Assembly (NCBI GenBank): GCA_033764955.1
Contig: JANRIL010000048.1
Location: 73,267 to 137,266, forward strand
Origin: Cyanobacteriota bacterium
GTDB taxonomy: Bacteria; Cyanobacteriota; Cyanobacteriia; Thermostichales; Thermostichaceae
DNA: 64,000 nt
Direction: 5' to 3'
The notes under the pieces are model-generated. The model saw only the letters and a program-made list of their open reading frames with translations, was not told the DNA's origin and searched no databases. Below, one piece after another: positions 63,866 to 64,000 of the stretch; the stretch's first letter is position 1, and each line of letters opens with the position of its first letter. The position numbers and the translations under genes are program-made.

Positions 63866-64000
63866 GCCTATTCGACGATTAGCTAGTACAGTAACAGCAC
63901 TTGGTAAACCAGTTTCTGAATGATGCCTTCTCTACCAAATATAGTGCGATCTCTATCAGCTTTTCTATGCTTTCCATCCCCCTAGAAGGAAACAGTCGGA

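Overview
Chromosomal window from a cyanobacterium. The markers are an EF-hand transaldolase, SigF, CbbY, a pentapeptide-repeat protein, an NtcA box and cyn genes. The octamer GGGATCCC is very dense in place of canonical HIP1 (GCGATCGC), which points to the Thermostichus (Synechococcus JA/OS)-like lineage. Most of the window is housekeeping: gltA, cobK, coaE (frameshifted at a 10-nt homopolymer), tal, a tRNA nucleotidyltransferase, aroQ, hemB, eno, pip, secG and tRNA-Thr(UGU). Notable parts: (1) an AT-rich operon at the left edge encoding a PqqD/RRE protein fused to a YxxPxL leader-like tail, an HPr-kinase-like kinase, GT4, a sulfotransferase, GT2 and a nucleotidyltransferase, which is a candidate uncharacterised RiPP-like or glycoconjugate modification system; (2) a chromosomal ParM/ParR-like pair whose partner ends in an amphipathic helix (CorMR-like cytoskeleton candidate); (3) two attC-like sites with matching core/inverse-core ends, toxin debris and a HigBA-type TA pair, but no nearby integrase; (4) a cyanate-utilisation island (PAS kinase, REC-AraC regulator, cynABDS, DUF1348) bounded by IS1-like ends with a nested IS4 remnant; (5) a TnpB/IS605 remnant, an unannotated 45-aa ORF and a 6-repeat protein. 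All calls are by eye; no database searches were run.
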